Source: an uncultured Bacteroidota bacterium (GTDB taxonomy: Bacteria > Bacteroidota > Ignavibacteria > Ignavibacteriales > Ignavibacteriaceae). Taken from it: a stretch of 64,000 bases of DNA. The notes beneath the pieces are model-generated. The model was not told the origin of the DNA, searched no databases, and was given only the letters and a program-made list of their open reading frames with translations. The stretch is from the NCBI GenBank assembly GCA_963739955.1, contig CAVUCX010000072.1, positions 10,455 through 74,454 on the forward strand. The letters run 5' to 3'. The translations under genes and the position numbers were made by a program. Numbering within the stretch: position 1 is the first letter of the stretch; every line of letters starts with the position of its first letter. Below, one piece after another: positions 1-8,748 of the stretch.

Positions 1-3000
1 TTCCAGGAAGCCATTAAAGGTGAACGTGAGAAAATTGCAAGGATAATAATTAATAATAAAGAAGTCTACCCGGACGATACAGTTAAAAAAGCAGAATTAT
101 TCTTAACTGTAAAAAACCAAAAATCTAATGATCTTGGAATATCGATTATCATACCTACACATAACCGGAAAAATAAATTGCAAAATGCTATCCGGAGCGT
201 GCTGATACAAACTTATCAAAATTACGAGGTTATCGTAGTAAACGATGCAGGCGAGGATGTTCAAAACATTATTGATGAGTTTACTGATCATAGGATCAAA
301 TTAATCAATCATGACCATAATAAGGGTCTTGGCGCTGCCAGAAATACCGGGATAAAAGCTGCGAGCGGCAAATATATTGCGCTGCTAGACGACGACGATA
401 TTTTCTATGAAAACCATCTTGAAACCGCTGTCAAATATTTGTCGGATAATTTTAAAGCGGTTTATACCGATGCGGTACGATGCTCTTATAAAACCGTAAA
501 AGGTAAAGAAATACTAGTAAATAAATCAGTACCGTATTCTATTGATTTCAATCGCGACAAGCTTTTAATCGGCAATATTGCACCGGTAAATTGCTTCGTC
601 TTCGAAAAATCTTTAGCTGAAAAAGTAGGCATGTTTGATGAAGGACTAAAAGTATTGGAAGATTGGGATCTCTGGCTGAAATTGTCATCGTTAACTGATT
701 TCAAACATATAAAAGTAAATACTGTGCAGGTCAACTGGCTAGACGACGGTTCTACTATGACCTCGTCGAAGGCTGAAGATTTTGACAAGTCAAGAAAAAT
801 AATATACAAGAAGTATGACGGCGAACTTAAGAAAATCAACAATGCGAATAAAATAATTGAAGAATTTAACGCTATCTGGGAAAAAGATTTCACAGAAGGA
901 TTACCTTTAGTATCTATCATAGCCCTGTCGTACAACCAGCCCGAATACACCAAACAGTTTGTCGAATCGGTTTTGGAATTTACTAAGACACCTTTTGAAT
1001 TACTCTTGATCGATAACGGCAGCAATAATGAGACTGTTGATTATATAAAATCAATCAGCGAATCCGATAAAAGAATTAAGACTGTTTTTAATAAGGAAAA
1101 TCTCGGCTTCCCAAAAGGAATAAACCAGGGCCTTAAAGCTGCTGCCGGTGCCTATTTGTTAATTGCAAATAACGACATTGTAGTAACAGAAGGCTGGCTG
1201 GAAAGAATGATTGAAGTTGCCGAATCCGATCCTAAAATCGGTATCGTAGGGCCGGTCAGCAACGCGGTAAGCGGCGTTCAGCTAGATAAAGACGCGAACT
1301 ATTCCGATATAAAAACCATGCACGGCTATGCAAAGAAAATACGTAAAAACAATTCAGGGAAAACATTCGAATTCCCCCGCGTAGCTTTTCTTTGCACTTT
1401 GATAAAGAAAGATGTTGTAGAGAAGATAGGCGGACTTGATGAGATATTTTCACCCGGAAATTATGAAGACGACGACTTTTGTCTGCGTGCCCAGATTGCC
1501 GGTTTCAAAACAATAATCGCGCAGGACGTTTTTATTCATCATTACGGTTCAAAAAGTTTTACGGCTGAAGGTACGGACAAATACAAAGAAAGACTTGAAA
1601 TCAATCAAAAGAAGTTTGTAGACAAATGGGGAGGAACCCCTGAAGAAATTTGGCTTAAAGGAAAACAAATAAAAGGAAGAAATATTATGATCACTTTGAA
1701 CAAGAATGAATTCGTTGAAAACCTTGAAAGAGCATTATCTTTAATTGAAGAGAAAGACTATACGGCGGCAGTTAAATATCTGGATAATTCCATAGCAACT
1801 TATGATCAAAACGATCATGAAGAAAATAATATTGATCTGGCTTATCTGCTGAACCTGGCCGGTAATATTTCTTTACTTTCCAATGAAATTGAAAACGCAC
1901 GCTCCTATTTTGAAAAGGCTTTAAATGAAGACAATTCGTCTCCGCTTGCCTGCAGCGGACTCGGCGACGTATTGTTTGTTTCCGGTAATTACGAAGGCGC
2001 TAAAACAATGTATGAATGGAGCCTGAAAAACGATCCTAATAATAAAGCCGCTTCGGAAGGAATCCTGAAAGTCAACCAAAAATTAAATAATTCTGCGAAT
2101 CAAAACACGGAAATATTTCCGGCAAATCAAGCTGTTCAAAATCAAAAGTTTGACAATGCCGAAATATTAATTGAACAGGCATATGAACATTTCAATAAAA
2201 ATGAATTTCAAAACGCACTAAATAAACTGATAACTGCCGAAAGATTATTTAATGGTCATTTAAGCAATCCATCCGATAAAGGTTTTGCCTCATCTTTCCA
2301 TAATATGAAAGGATTTATTTATTTGGGATTGAACGATGTGGACAACGCAAGGTCATGTTTTGAAAAGGCATTATCCATTGATCCCCAATCTTCACAAGCC
2401 TGCGCCGGTTTGGGAGAAACTTTATATTTAACCGAACACGATGAACAGTCAAAAGCTATGTTTGAGTGGGCCGTTAAGAATAATCCGAATAATATGGTTG
2501 CCGTCGGCGGTTTGCAAAAAGTTAATAAACTTCTGGGTTACCCGGAAAATCATTCATCGCTTAACTCAGAAACTGAAAGCCTGATGGATATAAAGATAAA
2601 TCACAGGGATGAATTCGGACATTTATTCAATAAACTCGGATTATACGGAAAAGGTGTTGAAATAGGTGTTCAGGAAGGTATCTTTTCCAAGATCCTTCGT
2701 TCAACATGGAAAGGCGAAGAATTGTATTTAATTGACCGCTGGAAATATGAAAGCGATTATAAAGATATTGCTAATATTCCTGATGAAAAGCAAAAAGAAT
2801 ATTATTTATCAGTTGTTTCAAAATTTGCCGACGACAGAAGCGTTAATATCATAAGAAAAGATTCCGTGGCGGCGGCGAAGCAGTTCCCAGATGAATATTT
2901 CGACTGGATCTATCTGGATGCCGATCATTCTTTGAAAGGATGCGGCAACGACTTGAATGCCTGGTATCAAAAGTTAAAACCGGGTGGAATTTTTGCCGGG

Positions 3001-3624
3001 CATGATTATCTCGACGGTGAATATACCGCGGGAAGTTTCGGAGTAAAAAGCGCTGTCGATAATTATGCGCATCATATAAATGCAAAACTGTTTATAACAG
3101 AGGAAACATATTGTAAAAGCTGGTATTTTGTAAAACCTGATAATAATATCGCAGAAAATAAAACTCATTCATTACCTGAGAATGAAAATTTATCCGAAGC
3201 CGATTCTCAGAGACTTCAATCCGTATTAAATGAAATATTGGAATCTTCTTTTGATCTTTTCGGATTAAAATATTTTGACGAAGCTTTGGATACATTAAAA
3301 AAATCCGAAGGAGCCTTTTATTCGCAGGATAGTAAAGAACTTATATCTGCATTCGAGAACCTTAGAGGTTTTAATTACCTTGGCCTTGATAATAAAGACC
3401 TTGCCAAAAATAGTTTTGAAAAAGCACTGAACATCAATCCGCTATCATCTCAGGCTTGTGCCGGTTTGGGCGAGCTTTTTTACTTGGATGGCAAAGATAA
3501 GGAAGCAAAAACTATGTATGAATTTTCGGTAAAAAATAATCCGGATAATCAATTTGCTATCGGCGGACTCGAGAAAGTAAATAAAATTTTAGGACTGCCG
3601 GAAGAAAATAATTCATTACTCTAA
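1..3624 (+). CDS. Mosaic enzyme: GT2 + GT2 + TPR + class I SAM methyltransferase + TPR (5' end runs off the window)
   Basis: Frame 1 is open from nt 1, with no stop before the TTG at 178. The residues upstream of 178 (..GISIIIPTHNRKNKL) already belong to the first GT2 fold, so the gene is 5'-truncated by the window. First GT2: YEVIVVNDAGED..ALLDDDD. Second GT2 from about nt 900: VSIIALSYNQPEYT..LLLIDNGSNNET..IANNDIVV. Methyltransferase core at about 2600-3130: GVEIGVQEGIFS..IYLDADHS..GGIFAGHDY. Three TPR modules. Confidence 0.8.
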   Translation, partial: FQEAIKGEREKIARIIINNKEVYPDDTVKKAELFLTVKNQKSNDLGISIIIPTHNRKNKLQNAIRSVLIQTYQNYEVIVVNDAGEDVQNIIDEFTDHRIKLINHDHNKGLGAARNTGIKAASGKYIALLDDDDIFYENHLETAVKYLSDNFKAVYTDAVRCSYKTVKGKEILVNKSVPYSIDFNRDKLLIGNIAPVNCFVFEKSLAEKVGMFDEGLKVLEDWDLWLKLSSLTDFKHIKVNTVQVNWLDDGSTMTSSKAEDFDKSRKIIYKKYDGELKKINNANKIIEEFNAIWEKDFTEGLPLVSIIALSYNQPEYTKQFVESVLEFTKTPFELLLIDNGSNNETVDYIKSISESDKRIKTVFNKENLGFPKGINQGLKAAAGAYLLIANNDIVVTEGWLERMIEVAESDPKIGIVGPVSNAVSGVQLDKDANYSDIKTMHGYAKKIRKNNSGKTFEFPRVAFLCTLIKKDVVEKIGGLDEIFSPGNYEDDDFCLRAQIAGFKTIIAQDVFIHHYGSKSFTAEGTDKYKERLEINQKKFVDKWGGTPEEIWLKGKQIKGRNIMITLNKNEFVENLERALSLIEEKDYTAAVKYLDNSIATYDQNDHEENNIDLAYLLNLAGNISLLSNEIENARSYFEKALNEDNSSPLACSGLGDVLFVSGNYEGAKTMYEWSLKNDPNNKAASEGILKVNQKLNNSANQNTEIFPANQAVQNQKFDNAEILIEQAYEHFNKNEFQNALNKLITAERLFNGHLSNPSDKGFASSFHNMKGFIYLGLNDVDNARSCFEKALSIDPQSSQACAGLGETLYLTEHDEQSKAMFEWAVKNNPNNMVAVGGLQKVNKLLGYPENHSSLNSETESLMDIKINHRDEFGHLFNKLGLYGKGVEIGVQEGIFSKILRSTWKGEELYLIDRWKYESDYKDIANIPDEKQKEYYLSVVSKFADDRSVNIIRKDSVAAAKQFPDEYFDWIYLDADHSLKGCGNDLNAWYQKLKPGGIFAGHDYLDGEYTAGSFGVKSAVDNYAHHINAKLFITEETYCKSWYFVKPDNNIAENKTHSLPENENLSEADSQRLQSVLNEILESSFDLFGLKYFDEALDTLKKSEGAFYSQDSKELISAFENLRGFNYLGLDNKDLAKNSFEKALNINPLSSQACAGLGELFYLDGKDKEAKTMYEFSVKNNPDNQFAIGGLEKVNKILGLPEENNSLL

Positions 3625-3635
3625 AATATTTTACA

Positions 3636-5144
3636 ATGAGTCATTTCCCTAAAGTAACTCTTAGCATGATTGTTAAGAACGAAGAAAGATACCTGCGCGG
3701 ATGCCTGGAGTCCGTTAAAGATGTTGTAGACCAAATAGTAATAGTGGATACCGGGTCGTCGGATAATACTATTAATATCGCAAATGAATTCGGCGCAATG
3801 GTATACATGTATGAATGGTCTGACGATTTTTCGGCGGCCAGAAATTATGCGTTAAGCAAATCGGAAGGCGAATGGATATTATATCTTGATGCGGATGAAA
3901 GATTAACCAAAGACTCTTTAGATGAACTTGGAAAAATTACGGCGCAGGATAAATTATCCGGTTGCAGATGTCTTGTTACAAGTCCGGATGATAATAGCGG
4001 AAAGCCGCATTACATGAAATATGTCAGACTTTTCCGGAATAAAAAGGGGATTAAGTTCAGCGGCGCCGTTCATGAGCAGATAGAAAATTCACTTCTTTCC
4101 AATGGATATATAATAGAAGAAACATGTATTGAAATAACTCATTTGGGATATAATGTATCTCATCAAGAAGTTTTAAATAAGGCAAGAAGGAACCTTAAGC
4201 TATTAACAAAAGAATACGGAAAAAACAAGTCGCCTTATAACGCGTTTCAGCTCGGGAATACATACTCTATCCTGGAAGAATATGAAAATGCCAAAGAGTA
4301 TTATTTGAGTTCGGTAATAGACGGCGATCTGAAGAGCGAGTATAAAGCTCATGCTTACCTGAATTTATCCGGTTATGAATTAAAAAATCATAACCTTGAT
4401 GAAGCTATTAAGTATATAAATAAAGGCTTAAAGGAAGACTCCGCCAATGCGTCGTTATATTTACTGGGATCGGATATATATTTCAGATTAAAGAAAAGCG
4501 ACGATGCAATTAAATACTGCCGGGAAGCGTTCATAAGAAACAGAGACCTGAAAAACACCTTGAGCAAAACTGCTCTGGCCGTACAATTAAAAGATGAAGT
4601 CATTTTGTCTAAAGGCATCTATTATTCATTAATAATTGGTAATAAAAACTATTTGAATTATTTCTTTAATGAATTAGAAAAGCTTAATAAACCGCTATAC
4701 GAATTATTTAATGTCATAACGAATAATTATAAATCTATAGAATTGAATAACGAGCAGATTAATAGTCTAATATCTCCGGATACTATTGAGGCGTTTTTAG
4801 CAATGATAACTAATTATTATGATAAGAAAAAAGCGCTGGAAATATTAAAATTATTGAAGAATAAGTTTTACGGAAATTCCAAATTTCACAAAATATTGGG
4901 ATTGTTATATTCGGAGAATAATTTTTTCAATGATGCGGTTATTGAGTTTAAAGAATCTTTGAAGCCGGAAGAAAAAGATCCTTCCGCCGTATTGTATTAT
5001 ATTTCAGTTCTAATAAATAATAATCAATATCAGGAAATACCGGAATTACTGATATTCGCTGAGAGGGAATTCGGCGGAGTTCCGGAGTTTGCTGAGAAGT
5101 TTGAAATATTAAAGAAGAAATTGAGTATTCTTTTTAACGGTTGA
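3636..5144 (+). CDS. GT2 glycosyltransferase with C-terminal TPR/helical-repeat domain
   Basis: N-terminus VTLSMIVKNEERYLRGCLESV..IVIVDTGSSDNT..ARNYAL..LYLDADE is a GT2 fold with a DxD motif. The rest is helical and TPR-like. There is an 11-nt gap to the upstream gene. Confidence 0.8.
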   Translation: MSHFPKVTLSMIVKNEERYLRGCLESVKDVVDQIVIVDTGSSDNTINIANEFGAMVYMYEWSDDFSAARNYALSKSEGEWILYLDADERLTKDSLDELGKITAQDKLSGCRCLVTSPDDNSGKPHYMKYVRLFRNKKGIKFSGAVHEQIENSLLSNGYIIEETCIEITHLGYNVSHQEVLNKARRNLKLLTKEYGKNKSPYNAFQLGNTYSILEEYENAKEYYLSSVIDGDLKSEYKAHAYLNLSGYELKNHNLDEAIKYINKGLKEDSANASLYLLGSDIYFRLKKSDDAIKYCREAFIRNRDLKNTLSKTALAVQLKDEVILSKGIYYSLIIGNKNYLNYFFNELEKLNKPLYELFNVITNNYKSIELNNEQINSLISPDTIEAFLAMITNYYDKKKALEILKLLKNKFYGNSKFHKILGLLYSENNFFNDAVIEFKESLKPEEKDPSAVLYYISVLINNNQYQEIPELLIFAEREFGGVPEFAEKFEILKKKLSILFNG

Positions 5145-5235
5145 ACCCAAACTATTATATGCGGATGCAATTATTGAAAGCGGGCAATCGAAAATATTAG
5201 TAAAAGAAAAAGTAAAAGGGAAAAACGGAAAAGAC

Positions 5236-7182
5236 ATGAGAGAAAATTATCAACAAGCGGTTAAACATTTTGAAATGAAAGATTACAAAACCGCCGAGGA
5301 AATTTTATTAACCCTCAGACAAAAAAGGTCTGATGATTATGAGGTATCATATTTCCTTGCTGTTGTAAGATCTATACTTGGTGATTATGCAGGTGCTGAG
5401 CCTCTTTACAGGGAAACTCTTGAATTAAAACCGAACCATACTGAAGCTTGTTATAATCTTGCCTTATGCCTTCACAATGAACATAAAAACGAAGAGGCTT
5501 TAACTTTTTATAAGAAAACATTAGAGATTAATCCCTTTTTATCGGAAGCTCATAACAATATTGCGATTATTTATAAAGAAATGGGACAGTATGATGAAGC
5601 GGAATCGGCTTTAAAAAAAGCCGTAAAGATAAAACCGGATAATAATAATGCTATCAGCAACCTTTCCAATATTACATTAGCAAAAGACAGTTCTGCCGAA
5701 GGCCGGAAAGTATATGAATTAATACACAAAAAAGATTATTCAGGGGCGGAGAAACTTCTGCTTAATCTTATCGAAAAAAATCCGGAAAATATTGTACTGC
5801 AAAAATATTCGGGCATTGTTTATTTCCAGTTGAAAAAATACGACAAAGCTTCCGAATATTTCAAAAAACTTTTATCATTAAATGAAGACGACGCTGAAAT
5901 TAATTATAATCTGGGAGTTTGCTGTCAGTATTCGGATAAAAATGAAGAAGCTCTAAAATATTATAAAAAAACAATCGAGATTAAACCGGAAAATATAGAA
6001 GCACTAAATAATTTAGGCCTAATATATGGAGGTTTAAGAGATATTGTTGAAGCTGAAAAATATTATCTGCTGGCTCTTAAGTATAACCCGGATTATACCA
6101 ACACTTTATTGAACTTGGGAGGCATTAAATTAAATAGTGATAAGTTCGATGAGGCAATGAAATATTTCAGCAAAGCCTTGTCTATATTCTTAAAGGAAGA
6201 ACCGATTGACCAGAAAACTTCAATGGCTTATACGAATATCGGATTAGTATATTATAGATTAAAGAATATTACAGAAGCCTTGAAATATTTCAATATGGCC
6301 GCGGAAAAAGATCCTGAGAATATTATTGCTCATTATAATTTGGCTGAGGCTCTTTTGGTTACGGGAAAATTTAAAGAAGGTTTGAAAGAGTATGAATGGA
6401 GGATTGACAGAAAAGAATTCGGTAAGAGGAAGTTCAATAAAATTGTTGAACAAGAGTATAATTTGGTAAATAAAAGGGTGCTTGTCTTTGCAGAACAGGG
6501 ATTGGGAGACGCTATTCAATTTGTAAGATATATACCGTTATTAAAGGAAAAAGGGTGCTATGTTATTTTTGAGTGTGACAAAGAAATGCATTTATTAATT
6601 CAAGGGTTCAAAGGAATTGATGAAATAATTGAACGTAATCTGACGGATGAACCGGTTATCGAATATGATTTAGCAATACCGCTTTTAAGCCTACCGCTAT
6701 ACTTAAAGACATATGAACCGGGAACAATTGTTAGCTTTCCTTACATAAGTGGGGAAAGTAAATTAATTGACAAATGGTCTGAAAGAATAAAAGTAGGGGA
6801 CAGTCTTAATATTGGAATAATATGGGCCGGAAGTCCGGCGCATACAAACGATAGAAATCGCTCGGTGAAACTTCGTCAGTTAGCCTCTTTATTTTCAATT
6901 AAAGGAACTAATTTTTACAGTTTGCAAAAAGGCATCCCGGCGGCGCAGGCGAATGACTACCGGTTAATGATAACGGATCTGAGTAATGATATAAACTCAT
7001 TTGCCGATACCGCCGCGATAATGGAAAATCTGGATCTTATAATAACCGTCGATACTTCAGTGGCCCATTTGGCCGGCGCGATGGGAAAGGAAACCTGGGT
7101 GCTGCTGCCTTACGTACCCGACTGGAGATGGCTTGAAGATGGCGAGAGAAACAGTTTGGTATCCTACAATGAAACTTTATAG
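5236..7182 (+). CDS. TPR array + GT9 (heptosyltransferase-like) domain; fragment 1 of a frameshifted gene
   Basis: About 10 TPR units (e.g. AEACYNLALCLHNEHKNEEALTFYKKTLEINP) are followed by VLVFAEQGLGDAIQFVRYIPLLKEKG..TVDTSVAHLAGAMGKETWVLLPYVPDWRWL, typical of TPR-GT9 proteins. The conserved C-terminal WYPTMKLYRQ motif is found in the next frame; see the finding at 7155. Confidence 0.75.
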   Translation: MRENYQQAVKHFEMKDYKTAEEILLTLRQKRSDDYEVSYFLAVVRSILGDYAGAEPLYRETLELKPNHTEACYNLALCLHNEHKNEEALTFYKKTLEINPFLSEAHNNIAIIYKEMGQYDEAESALKKAVKIKPDNNNAISNLSNITLAKDSSAEGRKVYELIHKKDYSGAEKLLLNLIEKNPENIVLQKYSGIVYFQLKKYDKASEYFKKLLSLNEDDAEINYNLGVCCQYSDKNEEALKYYKKTIEIKPENIEALNNLGLIYGGLRDIVEAEKYYLLALKYNPDYTNTLLNLGGIKLNSDKFDEAMKYFSKALSIFLKEEPIDQKTSMAYTNIGLVYYRLKNITEALKYFNMAAEKDPENIIAHYNLAEALLVTGKFKEGLKEYEWRIDRKEFGKRKFNKIVEQEYNLVNKRVLVFAEQGLGDAIQFVRYIPLLKEKGCYVIFECDKEMHLLIQGFKGIDEIIERNLTDEPVIEYDLAIPLLSLPLYLKTYEPGTIVSFPYISGESKLIDKWSERIKVGDSLNIGIIWAGSPAHTNDRNRSVKLRQLASLFSIKGTNFYSLQKGIPAAQANDYRLMITDLSNDINSFADTAAIMENLDLIITVDTSVAHLAGAMGKETWVLLPYVPDWRWLEDGERNSLVSYNETL

Positions 7183-8368
7183 ACAGCCAGGGTTCAGAGA
7201 CTGGGATTCCGTTTTCGTGAAGTTAAAAAAGGATCTTGTTGAATTAGTTAATAATAAAAAAATAAAAAATAACGGTTGGGAGCTTTCAGCTCAAAATGAA
7301 AATAACCAAAAGATTTATTTGGGCTTGACATCAGGCGAAAATTACGGATGGGGGGTTTGCAGCAAATATTTGAAGAGCGAACTTTCTAAAAAACTTAATG
7401 TCATAAATATAGATGAACACGAAGAATTAGTAAAAGCGGGAAAAGTAAACGGCACATTGTTTCATGCACTGAACAATCTCGATTTCAGCGGGCTTTTTCC
7501 TGTAAGAGGGACAAAAAATATAGGTTATACTTTTTTTGAATATGAGCTCAGTGAAAATGCCGTTAAGAACGCTGTCAATTACGATATAGTTCTGGGCGGT
7601 TCCACCTGGAATGAACAAAAGCTAAAAGCAAGAGGGGTAAAAGATACGGGAGTGTTGATACAAGGCGTTGATCCGAAACTCTTTTATCCTGGGGATAAAC
7701 AAAAAAGCAATGATCTTTTTGTCATATTTTCCGGCGGAAAATTCGAGCTTCGTAAAGGACAGGACCTGGTACTTAAAGCGATAAAAATTCTACAGCAGAA
7801 ATATTCTGATGTAGTACTGATTAATGCCTGGTACAATATGTGGCCTAATACTATGCACTCTATGGCTGCATCGAAAAATATAAATTATGAGTACAAGGGA
7901 GAAACCTGGAAAAACTTCATGGTTCATCTATGCAAAATAAATGAAATTGACGGTAATAAAGTACTAACCTTACCGATAACACCCAATGATAAGTTAAGGG
8001 AATTGTACCTAAGTTCCGATATAGGTTTATTTCCCAATAGGTGTGAGGGCGGTACAAATCTCGTTTTAATGGAATATATGGCATGCGGCAATCCTGTTAT
8101 CGCATCTTACAACAGCGGGCATAAAGATATACTTACTCCCGAAAATTCTTTACGGCTCGAACACATGCATGAGTTTAAACTATATGATGATAATAAAAAA
8201 CTAATTGCCGATTGGGAAGAACCTGATATCGATGAAATAATTTCGAAACTTGAATATGCTTATCTTAATAGAGAGAAAGTAAAACAAATCGGCAGAAATG
8301 CCGGCGAGTATATGAAAAAGCTTACCTGGAAAGAATCGGCAGAAACACTGTTAAAATATATCCTTTAA
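7133..8368 (+). CDS. Continuation of the previous gene: end of the GT9-like domain plus a GT4/GT1-type glycosyltransferase domain (fragment 2)
   Basis: The translation begins ..VWYPTMKLYRQPGFRDWDSVF, which is the expected end of the GT9-like domain. A second transferase follows, with FVIFSGGKFELRKGQDL and FPNRCEGGTNLVLMEYMACGNPVIAS. The true reading most likely enters this frame at 7157, not at the ATG at 7133. Confidence 0.7.
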   Translation: MKMARETVWYPTMKLYRQPGFRDWDSVFVKLKKDLVELVNNKKIKNNGWELSAQNENNQKIYLGLTSGENYGWGVCSKYLKSELSKKLNVINIDEHEELVKAGKVNGTLFHALNNLDFSGLFPVRGTKNIGYTFFEYELSENAVKNAVNYDIVLGGSTWNEQKLKARGVKDTGVLIQGVDPKLFYPGDKQKSNDLFVIFSGGKFELRKGQDLVLKAIKILQQKYSDVVLINAWYNMWPNTMHSMAASKNINYEYKGETWKNFMVHLCKINEIDGNKVLTLPITPNDKLRELYLSSDIGLFPNRCEGGTNLVLMEYMACGNPVIASYNSGHKDILTPENSLRLEHMHEFKLYDDNKKLIADWEEPDIDEIISKLEYAYLNREKVKQIGRNAGEYMKKLTWKESAETLLKYIL

Positions 8369-8546
8369 TATTATTATAAGATATTTAAAAATTATTTGTG
8401 AAAGTTATCGGAAATTATTTTTTGTGAAAATATCAGAAAGAACTTGCCGTAACTTCAAAGCGGTATGCTAAATCTTGTGTAACTAAAACAAACTGCAAAA
8501 ACCTACAGAAAAATTTCAACATTTTAAATCTGCCCGGGGAACCAAC

Positions 8547-8565
8547 TATGGCTAATAATAGCCAA
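8547..8565. repeat. 19-nt near-palindrome TATGGCTAATAATAGCCAA (copy 1 of 2)
   Basis: The exact reverse complement recurs at 26144-26162. The arms are TGGCTA/TAGCCA around a 4-nt centre. It lies in a 380-nt non-coding gap. Confidence 0.6.
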
Positions 8566-8748
8566 CCACTCTTTGTAAAAAGCCTTTTTTTAATCTTGAT
8601 CTAAGTTTTTGTATGGCATAAAATTAGTACGGGAAATACGGAATACTAGATTTTTCAACTAGTGCTTATCGTCGGACGCAAAAGGAAAATGCGATTAATT
8701 CCCGATGCAAAATCAAAAAAGTGAAACCGGATAATATCTCAAGGAAAT

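Noticed and set aside
7150-7160. Programmed ribosomal frameshifting as an explanation for the split genes.
   Set aside because: The shifts go in both directions (+1 and -1). The sites share no slippery heptamer or downstream structure, and several are in non-repetitive sequence. Indel or decay is the simpler reading.
8614-8629. Sigma54-like TGGCAT-N5-TAGTA upstream of the fourth glycosyltransferase gene.
   Set aside because: The -12 element lacks the essential GC (it is GG-N10-GT) and there is no supporting context.
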